The notes beneath the pieces were generated by a model. It had not been told where the DNA came from. It worked only from the letters and a program-made list of their open reading frames with translations, and made no database searches. 64,000 nucleotides of DNA from NCBI GenBank assembly GCA_965263295.1, contig OZ253665.1, forward strand, positions 1,440,001 through 1,504,000, read 5' to 3'. Every line of letters starts with the position of its first letter. Position 1 is the first letter of the stretch. Below are positions 58,919-64,000 of the stretch, piece after piece. A program made the translations under genes and the position numbers. Source of the DNA: Spirochaetia bacterium (GTDB lineage: Bacteria > Spirochaetota > Spirochaetia > SP-2023).

Positions 58919-59875
58919 ATGCAATTACATAAAGGAATGGCGCACAAAAAATACCAAGTGGGGAAAAATGCGGTCAGTTTCGATAGTTACGGCGACAAAG
59001 TTGCGGCCAATCTGTTCCTGCCCGAAAATTTTGATCCGGGCACGAAATATCCGGCCATAACCCTTGTGCCGCCGGCAACGGGCGTAAAGGAGCAAACGAT
59101 TGGTATCTACGCACAACACTTGTCACAGAAAGGTTTTATAACATTGGCCTTCGATCCGCGCGGATGGGGAGAGAGTGAAGGTATTCCCTTTTTAAGTGAT
59201 ACTTATCGCATCGCCGATGATACAAAAAACTCGGTGAGCTACTTACATACACTGGATTTTGTGGATCGAGAAAATATCTTCAATCTCGGTATCTGTATGG
59301 GGGCCGGTTTTGCCGGACTCGCCACTGTAATGGATGCCCGTGTGAAAGGCCTCGCGGTCGTTAGCCCCTATTTGGACAGTGCCGAAGAATTTCTGCAAGT
59401 TGTGGGCGGCAGCACGGCGGCTTTGCGCAAATCTATTCTTGCGATCGCCGCCAAAGGAAGACAAGCCTATTATGAAACTGGCAAACCTCAAACGACCAAG
59501 GTTGTGCCCGAAACGGAAGAAGAAATCAAAAATACACCCATGCCTATTATAGCTGATATGTCAAAATACTATCTGCCAGGGAAACCCGGCAGTGTCCCGA
59601 ACTGGAAGAATGTAGGTAACGTGATGACGAGCGAGTTTGCGGCCACTTGGTCGATATTCCCGCTAACCCATCTTTTTGAAGGCATTCCGACTGTGGTCGT
59701 CTATGGTGATCGAGCAACTTCCGGCCCCGGTGCGGAGCGCTTCTATCAGGCGATTAACGGGCCAAAAGATAAACTGGTGGTCCAGGGCGCCGACCACTTT
59801 GACCTGTACTGGAAACCGGAATATGTCGAGCCTGCCGTCGAAAAGATTGACGCCTATCTGAAGGCACAAATGTAA
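58919..59875 (+). CDS. Alpha/beta hydrolase (YcjY/dienelactone-hydrolase-like, Cys nucleophile)
   Basis: GVKEQT, AFDPRGWGESEG, GICMG and GADHFDLY. Start at ATG 58919 after AGGGG. Confidence 0.88.
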   Translation: MQLHKGMAHKKYQVGKNAVSFDSYGDKVAANLFLPENFDPGTKYPAITLVPPATGVKEQTIGIYAQHLSQKGFITLAFDPRGWGESEGIPFLSDTYRIADDTKNSVSYLHTLDFVDRENIFNLGICMGAGFAGLATVMDARVKGLAVVSPYLDSAEEFLQVVGGSTAALRKSILAIAAKGRQAYYETGKPQTTKVVPETEEEIKNTPMPIIADMSKYYLPGKPGSVPNWKNVGNVMTSEFAATWSIFPLTHLFEGIPTVVVYGDRATSGPGAERFYQAINGPKDKLVVQGADHFDLYWKPEYVEPAVEKIDAYLKAQM

Positions 59876-60736
59876 GTTTTTACCGGCTTGACACCACAAG
59901 TGCCTTTTGGGCGCTGTGTTTCTCTGCTGCTGCAGCTCTTCCCACTTCGGTGGGGAATATTGGCTGCAGTAGCTTTTTTTGCCCATTTTCTTTGCTCTCG
60001 TTTTTCTGTCCGTGTTTTTCTATCTTTGCAGGGCGCCGAGTTTTTGATTTTGCGCGGGATTGGCAACACCCGGTTCGGGCCGACACCAACACACTGACCG
60101 GTTATTGGTTTTTCGGCATTCCGGCGATGGCAGTTTGCGGATATCCGCTTGGCTGGTCTGGCAGCTGCGTTTGAGGGCTTTGCTTCAAAACCGAGCCGAC
60201 CCCGCGTCAAATCGACAGCCCATGCATCCGGCTAAGACAATCTTTTTGTATGCAGTATATGCGTTTAGTGCTTCATGCAAATTCTTCAAATTTTTGCGCA
60301 CAGTTACTTGACAATTCATACATTATATGAGAAAATATGCCTAATGATATTGATTTTAAGTTACATATATGCGATATCTTATCATTAAATTTAATAATCG
60401 CGGAAAGGATTTAAAGCTTGAGAATTGTCATCAAATTGTTTGCACTTTTGCTGCCTGCCTACGTGGTCTAGTTTCTTGCTTGTCTTTGTGTGTCGGGATC
60501 CTCCACTGTGCCTGAAATACCTTGTGGTTGTGAAAGCAACGCCTTGGCTTGGTTGCCATTCAGAGGATGCAATGAGAATTTGGGTGATAGAGACAAAATA
60601 GAGCGCAAGTGTCATAATTCACCTCGTGAAGTACTAATAAACGCCTGCATTTATTTGATGCTCGTTGGTGGCCACAACTTACTTGAATAAAAATAGAAAA
60701 CAAAGTATCCAAGGTTATATTTTGTTTTCTATTAAT

Positions 60737-60751
60737 TGATATTGGTAATCA
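60737..60751. promoter_or_regulatory. Fur-box-like operator upstream of the iron ABC operon
   Basis: TGATATT-G-GTAATCA (11/14). A further weak copy lies at 60345-60359, next to a TTGACA-17-GAAAAT promoter (60308-60336). Confidence 0.5.
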
Positions 60752-60838
60752 TTAGCGTAACTAAGTAGCTGGGCACTCCATGAAAAGACAAAGTCTGATT
60801 ATTCTTGAGACTATTCTTACGCGAAAAGGACGATAATT

Positions 60839-61842
60839 ATGAGACGATATATATATATATATATATATATATCGTGCTTATCTTTAGCATTATAACTGTT
60901 CCTTGTGGCGCCCAGAATGAGGTAAGTGCTGAATCATTGATGGTGACAGACGATTGCGGCGTTACATTGCAATTCCCAACCAACCCCAAACGTATTGCGG
61001 CTATTTCCTACACCGCGGCCGATATTGCACTGGCGCTTGGCATAATGCCTGTCGCCGTGACGTATATGAAACGCGGCGTCGATCCCGATTACCTTCTGGG
61101 CCTGACAAAACATATGAAAAAAGTCGGTCAGCGCGCCAAACCCAATATGGAGTTGTTGGCCGAGGCCAAACCCGATGTGATTATCGCTATAAAAAGGTAC
61201 ACTAAGGCCAATGCGGCAAAATTTCAAAAAATCGCGCCTTACATCGCTTACAAGATGGAGGTTTACGATGAAAGCCTGAACGAAGTCATTGAACTGTCGA
61301 GATTCTTTGGAAATCCAAAGAGGGGGGAAAAGCTCAATGCGGATTTTGAACGAAATCTCAAGAAATACATGGCGAAGGTTCCCAAGGGCAAGCATCCTCG
61401 TTTCCAGATCATGTGGCCAGGCTACCAGCCTTTTTCCTTTTGCACTGAGGCGACCCCTTCATGGATCGTGTCTAAGCTGGGCGGCTCAAACATTGTGGGA
61501 TCGGCCAATGAGGGCTATTTCGGCTTAGAAATTAGTCTGGAGATCATGCTGGCAAAAGATCCAGAGGTGATTTTCGTCATTGATTATGGCAAGGATCTCC
61601 CCCATGAAAGCAATCCGATCTGGAAAAAACTTTCCGCAGTCAAGAACGGTCGTGTCTATTCCGTCGGCGACGAATGGGTGGAAACTAACGGTCCAATCGC
61701 CCGCGAAGTTGTTTTGCGTCAGGCAGCGCACTACTTGTATCCGGATGTTTTCCCCGATGTCGATGTCAAGGCGCTGGCCAAGAAAATGATTCCGGCTGAT
61801 TTGCAAAGAAAGGCCGCATCCATGCCCGTATGGATGCGGTAA
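60839..61842 (+). CDS. Iron-siderophore ABC transporter substrate-binding protein (FhuD/FecB family), out of frame at the AT microsatellite
   Basis: NPKRIAAI, LALGIMPVA, VGQRAKPNMELLAEAKPDVI and WKKLSAVKNGRVY. The natural start ATG 60839 (AAAGGA RBS) is in another frame; the ORF track uses TTG 60805. Confidence 0.88.
60847..60872. repeat. (AT)13 dinucleotide microsatellite
   Basis: 26-nt perfect AT run starting in the third codon after ATG 60839. Confidence 0.97.
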
Positions 61843-61918
61843 TTACGCATCGCCTGAATGGGATGGAAAACACAAGTTGCGAGAATGATTCCGGCTGATT
61901 GAGTGGAGATAAATAAAT

Positions 61919-62968
61919 ATGATCTTTAATTCATGTCGGCCATATCGGAGCAGAATGGACATGTCGTTGGGGTCTTTTCGCTCATCGGTTTTGACGGCCG
62001 TCCTAATAATGAGCGCGGTGGGGGCGATCATCGCAGGACTGATGTTTGGGGTCAGGCCTTTGAGGCCCAGAGAGCTCTTCTCCATCCTGTTGGCTCCTGA
62101 TGACGGGGTTGACTCAATTCTCGTTTGGACTCTCCGGCTCCCGCGTAGCCTTTCCGCCTTTGTCGGTGGCGCCGGTCTCGGTGTATCGGGTTACTTGTTG
62201 CAGACCTTGGCGCGCAATCCGCTCGCCGGGCCGGGCTTGACTGGGGTGACGTCCGGGGCGGTGACGCCGATCGTTTTCTGTTTTATCTTTCTGCCTAGTG
62301 TCTCTCCTGTGTTCTATCCGTTTATCGGTATGATCGGTGGTGTGGCCGCCGCGATGGTCACTTTTTGGATTTCCGACTGGGGTCGCAGGAGTCCCTTGCA
62401 CCTGGCATTGGGAGGCATAAGCGTTTCCATTTTCTTCAACGCCGTCACGACGTACATCCTGCTCTTGAGTGGTTCACTGGCCTTTTCTTTGATGCACTGG
62501 TTGTCCGGTGGGTTTCAGGGGCTTGCCTGGCGGCAACTTGCCTTCATGACCCCCTTGGTAGCTGCCGGGATTGCTGGAACATTGGCGTGCCGGCGCATTG
62601 TCGGTCTGCTTATGCTTGATGAACAGGTGGCTGCCGGCATGGGCTTGCGCCTCGCATTTTGGAAGCCGTTGTTGCTTGTGTTTGCAGTCCTCCCTGTCGC
62701 CGGGATTGTGCCGGTGGCCGGAACTATCGCATTTGTCGGCCTTGCCGCCCCACATATCGCCCGGCTTTTGCGGCCGAAGGATCCCTTTTGGAGTGTGGCG
62801 CTGAGTGCGGCAATAGGCGCATTGATGGTAGTCGTTGCGGATATTGTCGCTCGAACTGTGGCTCTGCCGCGAGACTTGCCAGTGAGTGTCATTGCCGCCC
62901 TAATAGGCGGGCCAGTCTTTATTTATCTCGCCCAACGTCGAGATTTCTCGACAAAAGGCAAAATTTGA
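61919..62968 (+). CDS. Iron chelate ABC permease (FecCD family)
   Basis: LRLPR, LQTLARNPLAGP.LTGV, IAFVGLAAPHIAR and IGGPVF. Confidence 0.93.
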   Translation: MIFNSCRPYRSRMDMSLGSFRSSVLTAVLIMSAVGAIIAGLMFGVRPLRPRELFSILLAPDDGVDSILVWTLRLPRSLSAFVGGAGLGVSGYLLQTLARNPLAGPGLTGVTSGAVTPIVFCFIFLPSVSPVFYPFIGMIGGVAAAMVTFWISDWGRRSPLHLALGGISVSIFFNAVTTYILLLSGSLAFSLMHWLSGGFQGLAWRQLAFMTPLVAAGIAGTLACRRIVGLLMLDEQVAAGMGLRLAFWKPLLLVFAVLPVAGIVPVAGTIAFVGLAAPHIARLLRPKDPFWSVALSAAIGALMVVVADIVARTVALPRDLPVSVIAALIGGPVFIYLAQRRDFSTKGKI

Positions 62969-62970
62969 CC

Positions 62971-64000
62971 ATGAAGACTTCAATAAAGACTTCAATCGAA
63001 ATTTCATCGGCCCTTCGTGCGAATGCGACGCTCTGGTTTCTCCCGATAGGTATTTTGCTTGTCCTGATCTCGCTGTTGTTGGCTCTGTTTTTAGGGGTTG
63101 CCGATATTCCTCCGTCGGACGTTGTCGCCGTGCTTGGGGGAAAGAGTTCTGTCGAAGCTGCAAAAATCATCATGGATATCCGCTTTCCCCGCATCGTAAC
63201 CGGACTTCTGGCCGGTATACATTTCTCAATTGCAGGTCTTATATTGCAAACAATTACTCGCAACCCGCTCGCCGATCCTTCAATCATGGGGATATCGCAA
63301 GGCGCGACGTGCGCAATTGCGATTTTTCTATTTTTCAGCATCTACCACAATCTGAATTCGTATTACGTGCTGGTTGAGTCTCCGCTTGAGTTGCTGCCAG
63401 CGATCGGTACCTTGGGTGGCATTGTCTCTGGAGGCATCATTTACCTCTTGGCTTTTCGCCTGGATCTGGGGCCTCTGCGCATCACGCTCTGCGGTATAGC
63501 GGTCGGGACGGTCCTACAGGCGTTGGCAATCGGGCTGATTGCAGGATGGGGCTCCGATCGGCTGGAGATACTGCTGGAATGGCTCTCCGGTAGTCTTTAT
63601 GCCCGCACCTGGAGACACGCCCTGCTTCTTGGTCCGTTCACTGTCGTCGGCCTTGCGGTTTTGCCCTTGATTCGCAGGCCCATGGAGCTGATGAGTCTGG
63701 AGGCCACGATCGCGCGCTCTTTCGGACTTTCATATCGTCGACATTTCTCGTTTGCACTGTTGTTGGCCTGCGCTTTCTCCGCCAGCGCCGTGGGAACTGT
63801 AGGTCCCATTATTTTTGTCGGCCTCATCGTTCCGCACCTCGCGCGATTTATCGCGGGCAAGTATGTCTCTCTGCATATACCTCTAACGATTTCCCTTGGG
63901 GCAATCGTCACCACATTGGGAGACCTCATCGGCCGGCTGGTGGGACAGGCCGAGGAAATTCCGATCGGTGTGGTCACCGCGATTTGCGGCGTCCCCCTCC
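62971..64000 (+). CDS. Second iron chelate ABC permease (FecCD family), runs off the window end
   Basis: Not in the ORF track. From ATG 62971: MKTSIKTSIEISS...IRFPRI...LQTITRNPLADPSIMG...IIFVGLIVPHLAR...EIPIGVVTAICGVP. Confidence 0.92.
   Translation, partial: MKTSIKTSIEISSALRANATLWFLPIGILLVLISLLLALFLGVADIPPSDVVAVLGGKSSVEAAKIIMDIRFPRIVTGLLAGIHFSIAGLILQTITRNPLADPSIMGISQGATCAIAIFLFFSIYHNLNSYYVLVESPLELLPAIGTLGGIVSGGIIYLLAFRLDLGPLRITLCGIAVGTVLQALAIGLIAGWGSDRLEILLEWLSGSLYARTWRHALLLGPFTVVGLAVLPLIRRPMELMSLEATIARSFGLSYRRHFSFALLLACAFSASAVGTVGPIIFVGLIVPHLARFIAGKYVSLHIPLTISLGAIVTTLGDLIGRLVGQAEEIPIGVVTAICGVPL

Noticed and set aside
59880..60300. Possible structured ncRNA in the T-rich intergenic region
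   Set aside because: Only weak hairpins, no recognisable riboswitch or sRNA consensus, and the short ORFs look spurious.
60418..60690. Small exported-protein-like frame with an internal TAG
   Set aside because: No family resemblance; it may be a decayed gene but cannot be supported.
1..64000. tRNA, rRNA, integrase or att sites bounding the accessory regions
   Set aside because: None recognised by eye; tRNAscan-SE and a repeat search would be needed to exclude them.

Overview
Bacterial chromosome segment; a spirochaete origin is inferred from the GerMN, LolA, RodZ and lipoprotein types. Positions 1-37000 are mostly core or housekeeping genes: efp (partial), uvrD/pcrA, murI, rsgA, an MBL-fold/cNMP protein, mnmE, lolA, rodZ, folA, a C26 amidotransferase, a K+ channel with a cNMP-binding protein, a GerMN protein, dsbA, add, fabZ, bioD/bioC, gmd/fcl, bioF/bioH and a gamma-carbonic anhydrase/YqfO fusion. 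A small accessory insert at about 12050-16630 holds an AT-rich membrane protein, a repeat element, a frameshifted PD-(D/E)XK-like gene and phage relics, including a protein resembling phage P1 Ulx. From about 37600 to the end lies a large mosaic accessory region. It contains a dead AvaI/BsoBI-type restriction enzyme fragment, a uxuA-uxuB-TRAP-GH28 cluster, a GNAT, a lysine/ornithine N-hydroxylase pseudogene, back-to-back SorC-regulator and TPI-family fragments, an ABC protein with a very compact NBD, yadGH, a type I R-M system with an embedded PrrC-like anticodon nuclease, an alpha/beta hydrolase preceded by a Fur box, and an iron-siderophore ABC operon whose binding-protein gene is out of frame at an (AT)13 microsatellite. 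No tRNA, rRNA or CRISPR array was recognised. All family assignments come from recalled motifs, not database searches.
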